Part shown: in pieces, positions 15,288-24,069 of the stretch
Position numbering within the stretch: the stretch's first letter is position 1
Layout of the letters: the number at the start of each line of letters is the position of its first letter
Source of the DNA: a virus
Reading direction: 5' to 3' (one strand)
DNA length: 64,000 nt
Virus record (IMG/VR): IMGVR_UViG_3300017971_000214
Location: 32,001-96,000 of that record
Position numbers and translations under genes: made by a program
Notes under the pieces: model-generated
The model's database searches: none
Seen by the model: the letters and a program-made list of their open reading frames with translations, nothing else
Told to the model about the DNA's origin: nothing

Positions 15288-18071
15288 ATGGGACGAAAAG
15301 CATGGGCGAATCGGCGGAGCGGAACCTGCGAGGCGTGCGGCACTTCGGTGGCGGCGCAGGCCGGCTGGGTGTACCGGGACGATGCGGGTTCCTGGAAGGT
15401 GTGCTGCAAGAGCGCGGTGTGCGGGACGCAGCTCGGCCTCGCTGGGGCGGCCCCCGAGGCGGCGGAGACGCGGGAGCTGACGGCGGACGGTCGCGTACTG
15501 ATGCCCTACGAGAAAGCAGCGCTCCCCTTGCTGCGGGCGATGCCGGGCGCGCGGTTCGACCGTGACGCCTCCCCGAAGTGTTGGCGCGTGTCACTGGATC
15601 CCGGTGACCGGGACCGGCTCTTGGAGCTAGCGGACGAGCTGAAGCTCGCCGTGGCCCCCGAGCTGCGCACCGTGTCGGAGGACATCGAAGCGTTGTCCAA
15701 GCAGCTCATCGCGGACGGCCTGTACCCCTTCCAGGTGAAGGGCGTGTGTTGGTTGCGGCAGCGACGCCGCGCGTTGCTCGGCGACTCGATGGGACTAGGA
15801 AAAACCATCCAAGTCTTGTTTGCCCTACCCCATCCAAAGGGGTACGGTAAGAATCATGCCGAGAGGAGTGTATCCGAGAACGTCAAATCAGCTCAGAGCC
15901 GCCAAGGAGAATCTAGCCAAGGGGCGGCAGCCGAATGCTCGGCGAAAAGCAAAAGCGACGATGCGGAAGACAGCTCAGACGCCGGAGTGGCGCGCAAAGG
16001 TAAGCGAGGCCACGCGTCGTGCGATGCAGCGTCCCGAAGTGCGAGAGAAGCATCTCAAAGGTCTGAAGGGGAATCCAGTAGGATTCAAGGGGGGAAACGG
16101 ACAGCCTCCAGTTCCGATAGTCGAGTTGGCGGCCATTTTTCTGGAGCCTCTGGGGTTCGTGAGGGAGCTACCAATACGGACGAAAGGCCACGGAACGGAG
16201 TTGCGAGCACCGACACACTACAAGGCAGATTTAGGCCAGCCGGAACTGAAGATCGTAGTGGAACTGGACGGTCCGAGTCATTGGAACAAGCGCCAGCAGG
16301 ACAAGGATCGGAAGAAGACCGAAATCCTGGAAGCACTGGGTTGGACGGTGATCCGCATCCAGCACGGGCGATCGTCATCTGCCCGGCGAGTCTCAAGCTG
16401 AACTGGCGCGACGAGTGCAAGCGGTGGCGTCCGGGCCTGAAGCCTGTCGTGCTCTCGGGTCGCGGCAGCTTCCGGCACCCCGAAGCTGGAGAGGTCATCA
16501 TCACGAACTACGACATCTTGCCGAAGCTACCCCGCTGCACCTGCAAGGCGCACGGTCAGCTGAAGTACGTATCGGGCACCTGGGAGTGGGTGTGCGAGAA
16601 GTGCTCCAAGAAGAGCAACGCCACGGTGACCATCAAGGCCGACCCCGTGCTCGACCTCTCGGGCAAGGGGATCGTCGTGGTCGCCGACGAGTCCACCGCG
16701 GTCAAGAACTTCAAGGCCATCCGGTCCAAGGTCTTCAAGGCGCTCGCCGTCACCGCCGACAAGGTGTGGCAGCTGTCGGGCACCCCGATGCTCAACCGCC
16801 CGTTTGACCTCTACGGGATGCTCCAGTCCGGAGACATGGCCTACGAGGTGTTCGGTGGCTGGAGGTCCTTCCTCCGCTGCTTCAACGGCTACAAGAACCG
16901 GTGGGGCGGCTACGAGTTCGGCGAGCCTCTTCCCGAGACCCCTGAGCGCCTGCGCCGTGTGATGCTGCGCCGGCTCAAGACCGAGGTGCTGACTGATCTC
17001 CCTGAGGTCACCTACCAGACCCTCACCGTCAACAGTCTCGACAAGGGCCTGAAGGCGGAGCTGGACGCCGCGTGGAGCGCCTGGAACGACGAGGCCGAAG
17101 CACTCGACGGGCTCGCCGATGGTGCCCCCGCAGACCTTCCTCCCTTCGAGCAGTTCTCGAAGCTGCGCGCGAAGCTCGCTGCCAGCCGCATCAACGCGAT
17201 GCTTGATCTGGTCGAGCAGTACGAGGACAACGAGCAGCCGCTCATCGTCTTCTCCGCGCATCGCGCCCCCATCGACACCTTGGCCAAGCGCGAGGGGTGG
17301 GCCGTCATCACCGGCGACACCAACGCTGAGGCCCGCAACGAGGCCGTCAAGCGCTTCCAGAGCGGCGAGCTGAAGGGCATCGGCCTGACCATCAAGGCCG
17401 GCGGCTACGGGCTCACGCTGACCCGCGGCAGCCACCTTCTGTTCGTCGACCTCGAATGGACCCCCTCCGCCAACGCGCAGGCAGAGGACCGGGCTCGTCG
17501 TATCGGGCAGACCGCCGACTCGATTCAGGTCACCCGCATGGTCTCCGACCACCCGCTCGACCAGCACGTCCTACGGCTTCTCGCTGAGAAGACCGCCATG
17601 ATCTTCAAGGCTGTCGAAGCCGAGGTGCAGTACAAGCGGGCGCCCAAGCCCAAAACCGCCCAGCCCAGCGGTTGGGTGCAGGAGAGCGACGCGGACCAGC
17701 AGGCGCGCAAGGATGCCATCGAGCAGGCCGCCAAGGAGGCCGAGAAGGCTCAGGCGCAGAAGCGCATCGACAAGATCATCCTCCAGGAAAAGGACCGTCA
17801 GGGCACCGCTCCGGGCGAGACCTTGGAGCTGACCTCCGAAGTCCGCCAGGCTCTCACCGATGCCTTCTACTTCATGAAGAGCGTCTGCGATGGCGCGCAG
17901 GAGAAGGACGGCCAAGGGTTCTCCAAGCCCGACGTCTACCGCACCGCGTTCCTCGCATCGTGGATGGACACCGGAGAGGAGACCGCGTTCCGCGCGGCGG
18001 CCATGATCCTCTGCCGCTACAGGCGGCAGCTCGGCAAGCAGTTCCCCATCCTTTTCAAGAAGGCGGCTTGA
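15288..18071 (+). CDS. SNF2/SWI2-family (HARP-like) helicase with a 175-codon in-frame insertion
   Basis: GDSMGLGKT, CPASLKLNW, VADES, LSGTP, GYGLTL and QAEDRARRIGQ motifs; low-complexity insert between motifs I and Ia. Confidence 0.9.
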   Translation: MGRKAWANRRSGTCEACGTSVAAQAGWVYRDDAGSWKVCCKSAVCGTQLGLAGAAPEAAETRELTADGRVLMPYEKAALPLLRAMPGARFDRDASPKCWRVSLDPGDRDRLLELADELKLAVAPELRTVSEDIEALSKQLIADGLYPFQVKGVCWLRQRRRALLGDSMGLGKTIQVLFALPHPKGYGKNHAERSVSENVKSAQSRQGESSQGAAAECSAKSKSDDAEDSSDAGVARKGKRGHASCDAASRSAREASQRSEGESSRIQGGKRTASSSDSRVGGHFSGASGVREGATNTDERPRNGVASTDTLQGRFRPAGTEDRSGTGRSESLEQAPAGQGSEEDRNPGSTGLDGDPHPARAIVICPASLKLNWRDECKRWRPGLKPVVLSGRGSFRHPEAGEVIITNYDILPKLPRCTCKAHGQLKYVSGTWEWVCEKCSKKSNATVTIKADPVLDLSGKGIVVVADESTAVKNFKAIRSKVFKALAVTADKVWQLSGTPMLNRPFDLYGMLQSGDMAYEVFGGWRSFLRCFNGYKNRWGGYEFGEPLPETPERLRRVMLRRLKTEVLTDLPEVTYQTLTVNSLDKGLKAELDAAWSAWNDEAEALDGLADGAPADLPPFEQFSKLRAKLAASRINAMLDLVEQYEDNEQPLIVFSAHRAPIDTLAKREGWAVITGDTNAEARNEAVKRFQSGELKGIGLTIKAGGYGLTLTRGSHLLFVDLEWTPSANAQAEDRARRIGQTADSIQVTRMVSDHPLDQHVLRLLAEKTAMIFKAVEAEVQYKRAPKPKTAQPSGWVQESDADQQARKDAIEQAAKEAEKAQAQKRIDKIILQEKDRQGTAPGETLELTSEVRQALTDAFYFMKSVCDGAQEKDGQGFSKPDVYRTAFLASWMDTGEETAFRAAAMILCRYRRQLGKQFPILFKKAA
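15820..15848 (+). promoter_or_regulatory. internal promoter for the nested endonuclease
   Basis: TTGCCC-17bp-TACGGT, 7 nt to ATG 15856; same geometry as other leaderless promoters in the window. Confidence 0.6.
15856..16401 (+). CDS. nested +1-frame Vsr/DUF559-like endonuclease with NUMOD3-like basic helices
   Basis: YKADLG..LKIVVELDGPSH...DRKKTEILEALGWTVIRI; PEWRAKVSEA/PEVREKH helices. Confidence 0.85.
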   Translation: MPRGVYPRTSNQLRAAKENLAKGRQPNARRKAKATMRKTAQTPEWRAKVSEATRRAMQRPEVREKHLKGLKGNPVGFKGGNGQPPVPIVELAAIFLEPLGFVRELPIRTKGHGTELRAPTHYKADLGQPELKIVVELDGPSHWNKRQQDKDRKKTEILEALGWTVIRIQHGRSSSARRVSS

Positions 18072-18072
18072 G

Positions 18073-18588
18073 ATGTCGAAGGGAAAGAAGCGCAGGAAGG
18101 GCGAGCCCACAGGAAAGCAGCGCCGACGAGAGAAGGCCCGGCTCCGATTCGTGCGGACGGTTCAGGACTTCTGGTCTGACTTCGAGGAGTGCCCTCTGTC
18201 CGAGGACTACATCAAGGCGAACCCCAAGGCCGTGGAACAAGGAGACCGCATGTTCTGGAACAGTCGCTACCACGTGTGGCTGCGCGACTTCCACTCCGAG
18301 GCGTTCGACACGACCATAACGCACCTGTCGATCAAACGGAACGACAAGGAGCCGTTGCACGACTGGAGAGATCTGCAGAGGATCAAGAACGAGCTGTGCG
18401 GCGAAGAACGAGAGGCCATCGAGCTGTACCCTGCGGAGTCGCGGACTGTCGATTTGGCAAATCAGTATCACCTCTGGGTGTTCCCGGAAGGGGTGAGGGT
18501 GCCCCTAGGATTCTTCGAGGGGCAGATGAAGGGCACACCGAAAGAAGCGGAAGAGATAGGCGCGAAGCAACGTAGGTTCGAGAGCTGA
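18073..18588 (+). CDS. conserved phage hypothetical protein
   Basis: HLSIKR..DWRDLQRIKNE..G.E.EAIE.YP..LANQYHLW motif. Confidence 0.8.
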   Translation: MSKGKKRRKGEPTGKQRRREKARLRFVRTVQDFWSDFEECPLSEDYIKANPKAVEQGDRMFWNSRYHVWLRDFHSEAFDTTITHLSIKRNDKEPLHDWRDLQRIKNELCGEEREAIELYPAESRTVDLANQYHLWVFPEGVRVPLGFFEGQMKGTPKEAEEIGAKQRRFES

Positions 18589-18603
18589 AACCCCTTGCTT
18601 TCT

Positions 18604-18671
18604 AGCAAGAACTGAGCCGGGCACGGACTAGAGATCGACCTCAAAGTCTTGCCCGGTTGTTCTTTTTTGCT
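18604..18671 (+). terminator. long imperfect hairpin / terminator
   Basis: AAGAAC..AGCCGGGCA.GGACT..AGTCT-TGCCCGGTT-GTTCTT followed by a T-run. Confidence 0.55.
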
Positions 18672-18765
18672 GTAGGGTCCGTACCGCAACGACAACTAAC
18701 CGCGAGGAGTGCCGAGGATCACGCTTGGTGCGTGACGGCCCTCGCCGAACCGTTGAGAGGAGTGG

Positions 18766-19425
18766 ATGGGAGCTGAGTCGATGACAAGTCTTGTGCTTCT
18801 GAATGTGATCTTCTCGTTGACGGCTATGGTGCCGACCTGCCCTACGGACATGGTGGAGTCCGGGGCGGGAACTTGCATCGACCGATACGAGTGGCCCAAC
18901 AAGCCCGGCGTGAAGCCGCTGTTGGGCGTCAGCGGGATTGCAGAAAAGCACGACGTGCGCGAGGGTCTAGTGATGGACGCTGAGCGGCTTTGCGCCAGCG
19001 TCGGAAAGCGGGTGTGTCGTCTCGAAGAATGGCGATCGGCATGCCGCGGAGAGCAGTCCGCGCGCTACCCGTTTGGTGAGAAAATTCCCAAGCTGCTCAG
19101 CAGGGAAGACGCCCCGTGCAACTTCGCCAAGTTCTTCCGAGAACCGAACTGGATGAAGATCTACAACCGCGACGCCAAGCACATGGCGTGGTTGGATCAG
19201 AGTGAGCCCGCAGGTGCCCGCGAAGAGTGCCGGAGTGCGAGCGGAGCATACGACCTCATCGGCAATGCTGAGGAGTGGGTCCGATGCGGGCAAAAGAACA
19301 AGTGGGGTTGGTGCTTGGTCGGCAGGTACTGGTCGCAGGCTGTCGACTGCTCCGCTGTAGTCACAGGTCACTCTCCGAATTGGCACAGCTACGAAAGCAC
19401 TGCTAGATGTTGCTTAACTGTTTAG
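18766..19425 (+). CDS. FGE-sulfatase (formylglycine-generating enzyme-like) domain secreted protein
   Basis: Signal-like N-terminus; CPTDMV..CIDRYE, C..VGKRVC..EW..AC, YDLIGNAEEW, RCC. Confidence 0.85.
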   Translation: MGAESMTSLVLLNVIFSLTAMVPTCPTDMVESGAGTCIDRYEWPNKPGVKPLLGVSGIAEKHDVREGLVMDAERLCASVGKRVCRLEEWRSACRGEQSARYPFGEKIPKLLSREDAPCNFAKFFREPNWMKIYNRDAKHMAWLDQSEPAGAREECRSASGAYDLIGNAEEWVRCGQKNKWGWCLVGRYWSQAVDCSAVVTGHSPNWHSYESTARCCLTV

Positions 19426-19455
19426 TAGACAAGAGCCTTCGCAGCAGGATACAGT
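19426..19455 (+). promoter_or_regulatory. promoter of the free-standing endonuclease, leaderless
   Basis: TAGACA-18bp-TACAGT, 7 nt to ATG 19463. Confidence 0.55.
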
Positions 19456-19462
19456 CGCATGC

Positions 19463-20227
19463 ATGAAGCCCGGAAGGCCGCCGAAACATGGGCATGCGAA
19501 GACTGGGTTCAGGACTTCTGAGTACGTCGCTTGGGTGAGCATGATCTCTAGGTGCGTCAACCCGTCGCACAAGAGCTTTGGCCTCTATGGAGGTCGTGGC
19601 ATACGTGTTTGCGCCAGATGGTTGGATTCGTTCTCCAACTTCCTTGCGGACATGGGAGTGAAACCAGACCCGTCGTGTTCTGTAGATCGCATAGACCCCG
19701 AAGGGGATTACGAGCCACGCAACTGTCGTTGGGCCACCCCGAAGCAGCAAGCCAGGAACAGGAGAAATACGACGTTCCTTACTTCAGAAGGGACAACGAA
19801 GTCTTTGATGGACTGGGCTGAAGAACTGGGTGTTTCTGCAACTGCTATTCGGGAGCGGCTGCGCCGAGGTTGGTCAGACGAAGAGGCGTTGAGTACGCCT
19901 TTCAAGCCTAGGCTAACGAAGGGGACCGTACTCGCCATCTGCAAAGAGTACGATCTAGGGGGTGTGACGATCACAGACCTAGCAACACGGCACGCCACCA
20001 ACCCTTCTACAGTGCAGGCCATTTTGAGCGGGCGGCAGTGGGGGGACGTGACGGGAAGAACGTACACGCCGGTGGTGGGGAGAAAGAAGCCAGTCCTGCT
20101 GAAGCGCGGGGAATCACTTATCACCAAGATCCGAAGGATGATTGATCGAGGTATGTCCCAGCGGGCTGTGGCGCGCGAGCTGGGAACGTCACACACGACG
20201 ATAGCGCGCATTCTTGAGGAGGACTGA
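19463..20227 (+). CDS. free-standing HNH-type homing endonuclease with C-terminal HTH domains
   Basis: W.SM..RC..YGGRGI.VC.RW..F..F..DMG..SVDRID..GDYEP.NCRWAT..QQ.RN; codon usage differs from neighbours. Confidence 0.85.
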   Translation: MKPGRPPKHGHAKTGFRTSEYVAWVSMISRCVNPSHKSFGLYGGRGIRVCARWLDSFSNFLADMGVKPDPSCSVDRIDPEGDYEPRNCRWATPKQQARNRRNTTFLTSEGTTKSLMDWAEELGVSATAIRERLRRGWSDEEALSTPFKPRLTKGTVLAICKEYDLGGVTITDLATRHATNPSTVQAILSGRQWGDVTGRTYTPVVGRKKPVLLKRGESLITKIRRMIDRGMSQRAVARELGTSHTTIARILEED

Positions 20228-20228
20228 C

Positions 20229-21611
20229 ATGCTGGAAAAGACCCTAGCCTACCTGATGATCTTGATGTTCTCGCGCGAGGCGCCAGGCATCATGAAGAAC
20301 ACGCCTCAGATGGAGGCACGCCGTCAGGAAATCACCCAGCTCGCGAAGATCCACGCGGAGGTGGCTGCCCCCGGCCACTTGGTTGACCCACAGACCGACG
20401 CCGCCCTTCTCGCAGCAGTCAGCTGGTTCGAGTCTCGTCACATGCTCAAGCCGCGTGACGGCGACGCACGCTACAACCAGGCGCAGCAGAAGCTCGTGGG
20501 CACCGTCGTCGGACCGATGCAGGTGTCGAAGGCAGCTCCGCAGATCGTGCCCACGTGGTCCATTCTGGGTCCGAAGTACAAGGGGCTCACGGTCGAGAAG
20601 ATGCGCGACCCCCGCAAGAACGTCGAGTTAGCCTACGACATCCTTCGTCAGTGGAAGGACCAGTGCGAGGGTTCACCCGGCGTTTGGATCACCGCCTACG
20701 GCTGGGGCCGTTGCCCTGGGAAGACCTTCGGGCCGAGCGAGCGCACGGTCGACTGGGAGGGCAAGCGTCGCTGCAAGCTCGCAACCCAGACGATGATCCG
20801 CATGGAGAAGGCAGCGCGCACGGACCCCAACTTCACCTACACCGTCCCGAAAGACTGGTACTGCGGTCATGAGACAGGGGTGACGAAAGCATCCCTCAGC
20901 TCAAAGGCCCCCGCCGATCCTACCGAGGAATGGCTTCTCGAACTCGCGCTGAACTTCGCGCCGCCTGCACGAGCCCACCAGTTCCCTGGCTGGGAAGAGA
21001 CCGTTGCGGAACGCACGGCCCGATACCGAGAAGTCGTGAAGGACATCCGAGAAGTCGTGTTCGACAAGAAGCAGCGCCCCATTCCTGGGATGTCTCGGTC
21101 CCGCACGGCGGCCTACATGTTGGCTCTGGGCATTGGAGAGAGCGGGCTCGACCCTGATGCGGACAAGGGGCCGTGCTACCGCGACAAGGGTTGGTGGCGC
21201 CGGTGCGACGCGGGGCAAGCCGCGAGCATGTGGCAGGTGAAGATCGGAAAGGGTTTTCTGTTCGACCGGGATCAGAATCGAATCTGGATGAAGGACCTTT
21301 TCGCCGACCGCAAGGTGGCACTGCGCATCGCCCTTCGAGCTGTGCGCGGGTCGTTCTGGGCCTGCCGGAAGTCCGAGCCCAAGCACCGCCTCGCGGTCTA
21401 CGGTTCAGGTTCCTGCTCGAACAAGGCCGGCATGGTCGGTTCGGAAAAGAGGTACGCTCTTGCCACCAAGCTGTGGGGGCACACTACGATCCCTAAGCCC
21501 GCGCCGACGCCTCCAGAGGCGGAAGAGAAGCCCGAACCCGAAAAGGACCCAGATCGCGTAGTTCTTCAGACCGTTCCAGGTCCAGTGGCGCTCAAGCCGG
21601 CTACTCCATAG
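20229..21611 (+). CDS. tandem lytic-transglycosylase-like protein (putative endolysin)
   Basis: Two SLT-like units: WFES..GPMQV..DPRKNVE..AY and IGESG..SMWQV..AVY. Confidence 0.65.
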   Translation: MLEKTLAYLMILMFSREAPGIMKNTPQMEARRQEITQLAKIHAEVAAPGHLVDPQTDAALLAAVSWFESRHMLKPRDGDARYNQAQQKLVGTVVGPMQVSKAAPQIVPTWSILGPKYKGLTVEKMRDPRKNVELAYDILRQWKDQCEGSPGVWITAYGWGRCPGKTFGPSERTVDWEGKRRCKLATQTMIRMEKAARTDPNFTYTVPKDWYCGHETGVTKASLSSKAPADPTEEWLLELALNFAPPARAHQFPGWEETVAERTARYREVVKDIREVVFDKKQRPIPGMSRSRTAAYMLALGIGESGLDPDADKGPCYRDKGWWRRCDAGQAASMWQVKIGKGFLFDRDQNRIWMKDLFADRKVALRIALRAVRGSFWACRKSEPKHRLAVYGSGSCSNKAGMVGSEKRYALATKLWGHTTIPKPAPTPPEAEEKPEPEKDPDRVVLQTVPGPVALKPATP

Positions 21612-21627
21612 CTCGGAGCGGGCAAAC

Positions 21628-21663
21628 GAAAGGCCCCATGCCTGGGTAGGCGTGGGGCCTTCG
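21628..21663. terminator. bidirectional terminator between convergent genes
   Basis: AGGCCCCATGCCT-GGGT-AGGCGTGGGGCCT 13-bp stem. Confidence 0.75.
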
Positions 21664-21682
21664 TCGTTGCTGGGGTTGTGGT

Positions 21683-22030
21683 TCAGCCCTTGTCCGTGCA
21701 GGCGTGGCGGTCCTCGCACGTTTCGATCTTCGCTATGCACGCAGGGTGCAAGTCCACGCCGTTCTTCTCGGCGTTCTTGAAGACATCCACGCAGCTCACG
21801 CCTCCCGGCGTAGGCTCCCACAGAGGGCGCCCATCACGGGACATGCACTGCAACTCCTCGTAGCGCTTGCACGCCGCCTCCGCCGGATCCACGTCCGGAG
21901 GGAGCACAGGGTCTGGCTCTACGCCGGCATCCGGAGCTGTTGGGATGTGGGGATCCGGGCAAGCCGGGCACCCTACAGCCGTGACGGCGAGGAACAGTAC
22001 AGGGGTCAGTAGTAAAAGCAGCTTCTTCAC
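21683..22030 (-). CDS. Cys-rich lipoprotein
   Basis: MKKLLLLL..AVGC lipobox. Confidence 0.75.
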   Translation of the reverse strand: MKKLLLLLTPVLFLAVTAVGCPACPDPHIPTAPDAGVEPDPVLPPDVDPAEAACKRYEELQCMSRDGRPLWEPTPGGVSCVDVFKNAEKNGVDLHPACIAKIETCEDRHACTDKG

Positions 22031-24069
22031 TTCACGAACTCCTTAGGGATCTTGACTGCCCACCAGTCAGTGACTTGATGCCAAGCCACCCACTCCCAGG
22101 ACATCCGAAAGAACCCTCCCGAGTGGAACCCAGAGGGATCTGACGCACCCCAATCCTTGCCCCAGGAATTGAGAACCCAGAGGCCGTCTTGGTCGTAGGC
22201 CACGGCGCACATCATGTGCCGCCCGCTGAACCCCTTGGGAGGCTTCAGCGGCTCGGGGTTCTTGATGCCCTTGTAGCGCTTGAAGTCGTCATCGACGATG
22301 GTGCCGAAGATGACAGGGTGGCCCTGGGAGATTGCCGACCGCACTTCTTCAGCTCGGCCTGAAAGGCCCCAGATGTTGTAGTAGCCCTCGATCCACTGCT
22401 GGTCGATGGCCGCGGCAGTGGCGTCGAAGTCCGGAGGTCGGTTGATGTTGGCCGGATCGAAAGCCCACATCTTCTCCTCGCAGAAGCCCATCCCTTTGGT
22501 GGCCTGCCAAGCGAGTCTGGGGAAGCATCCGAGATCTAGCTTCTCGGTCCCTCCCCGGTTGCGCGTGTGCCAGTAGCCGAACATCACGCTGAGGGGCTTA
22601 CGGTCAGCTATTCCGTGGACGCCCTGTGCGATGAAGTGCTGCTGTTGGATCGACTGCCACACGCAGTTATGTACGGCCACTCCGTCCGCGATGTAGGTGT
22701 GGTCCCCTTCCACTTCTAGGTTGTAAACCGGGAAGTTGGCCGGGGTTTCAGGGATGTTCACTTCACGGATACGACACAAGAATCCCAGATCGTGTTCCTT
22801 GTACCAGGAGTAGGATGCGATAGTAACGTCGTGCTCCTCCAGAACCTCTTGAAACTCGGGGAACACTCGGAGGATGTTTTTCCCATAGAGACTCAGTTCA
22901 CGCCCAGGGGCGTTCTGATGATCTTGTTCGCGTCGGAGTTGGGTGCTCAGCTTGACTCCGCTAATGGAAGCCAGCCTAAATAGCCCCCGATGGAGGGCTT
23001 TGGAGCTGGTGACTCCTTGAACAGCGGCACTCTTTCGTATCGAGCCGTCTTTCTTCTTTCGGAATCTTACCGGCTCTGAACTGCCGTCTCCTTCAAACCA
23101 ACCTCGAAGAACGGCCAATCGAGTCGAGAGCGGAGCGCGGAAACACACCGTAGGCATGTACTTGTGCAGCGCTCCCTCCCCACAAAGATTGTGGAATACC
23201 TGGGCTAAGGTGGAATTGTGGACCAGCACGCGGGAGGTTGACTCCCTGGATGGGGGCTCGTCCAAAACCCCTTCTACCCCGAATACATCGCCCAGAGCCT
23301 CGATCACGAAGTTGTGCAGGGTGCTTTCTTCGCGGGCAAAAGTGAAAGCAAGCCCCTGGAGGGTTCCCGAAGGCTTCAGGAAAGATCCCTCAGCCAAGAA
23401 CAGTCCGATGAGACGTCCGAGAGTAGAGTCCAACACGACTTCGGACGGAAGTTCGCTCCCTTTCCTACCCTGATACGCTCGAATCTTGTCATTTTCCTCC
23501 CAGAAGTCGCCTTCCAGATAGTCACGTGGACATAGGACTGCATCGGGCTTGTCACCTGACAGATCCAGGTTGGCCGGGAGAAGAACGTAATCCCCCCCTT
23601 CCAACTCGGAAGCCCTCTTCCACGTTAGTGGTCCCGCCTCGAAACTACCGTGCTTGGCCCGAGGGGATACATTCGGAAATACAGCGAAGGGGTGTTCCTC
23701 TGTAGCCGTCGCCGGGTAGATCCAACCTTGAACATTGATCTCGTATAGCGTTCCGTTGTAGGAGCGCTCCGAACATTGAGCCACGGTTCCTACTCGGCCT
23801 GTATGAGTCCGAACCCTGTTGCCAGGGACCAACTCTTCGATGGGCCTTTCGGTGAAGTCTTCCATCACGACCAACGTTCCGGCCGGGAAGCACGAGTTGG
23901 TGTTGCGCTGGTCGTTGATGAAGTCGATGAACTGGATCATGTCCATATGCTCAGACGGGGCAGCCGGAAGGCTCACCCCGAACAGAGCAGTTTCATCCCC
24001 GACCAGTTTGAAGTCGCGGTCATCGACCGGCGACGGGATGTATCCCATCCCCCTCTCGACCATCGTCAC
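22027..24069 (-). CDS. papain-like (C1) cysteine peptidase containing an intein
   Basis: DQ..TNS|C; H in RHMMCAVAY; NSWG.DWG..GFF motif. Confidence 0.85.
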   Translation of the reverse strand: MTMVERGMGYIPSPVDDRDFKLVGDETALFGVSLPAAPSEHMDMIQFIDFINDQRNTNSCFPAGTLVVMEDFTERPIEELVPGNRVRTHTGRVGTVAQCSERSYNGTLYEINVQGWIYPATATEEHPFAVFPNVSPRAKHGSFEAGPLTWKRASELEGGDYVLLPANLDLSGDKPDAVLCPRDYLEGDFWEENDKIRAYQGRKGSELPSEVVLDSTLGRLIGLFLAEGSFLKPSGTLQGLAFTFAREESTLHNFVIEALGDVFGVEGVLDEPPSRESTSRVLVHNSTLAQVFHNLCGEGALHKYMPTVCFRAPLSTRLAVLRGWFEGDGSSEPVRFRKKKDGSIRKSAAVQGVTSSKALHRGLFRLASISGVKLSTQLRREQDHQNAPGRELSLYGKNILRVFPEFQEVLEEHDVTIASYSWYKEHDLGFLCRIREVNIPETPANFPVYNLEVEGDHTYIADGVAVHNCVWQSIQQQHFIAQGVHGIADRKPLSVMFGYWHTRNRGGTEKLDLGCFPRLAWQATKGMGFCEEKMWAFDPANINRPPDFDATAAAIDQQWIEGYYNIWGLSGRAEEVRSAISQGHPVIFGTIVDDDFKRYKGIKNPEPLKPPKGFSGRHMMCAVAYDQDGLWVLNSWGKDWGASDPSGFHSGGFFRMSWEWVAWHQVTDWWAVKIPKEFVK
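22666..23892 (-). mobile_element. intein (409 aa) with LAGLIDADG endonuclease, in the C1 peptidase
   Basis: CFPAGT start, ATEEHPF block B, LIGLFLAEG and LRGWFEGDG, VYNLEVE..VHN end, +1 Cys. Confidence 0.92.

Noticed and set aside
15826-16361. SNF2 insert as a group I/II intron or intein
   Set aside because: There is no Cys/Ser..His-Asn splicing motif in the host frame. The endonuclease ORF spans nearly the entire 525 nt, and no ribozyme core was recognisable.
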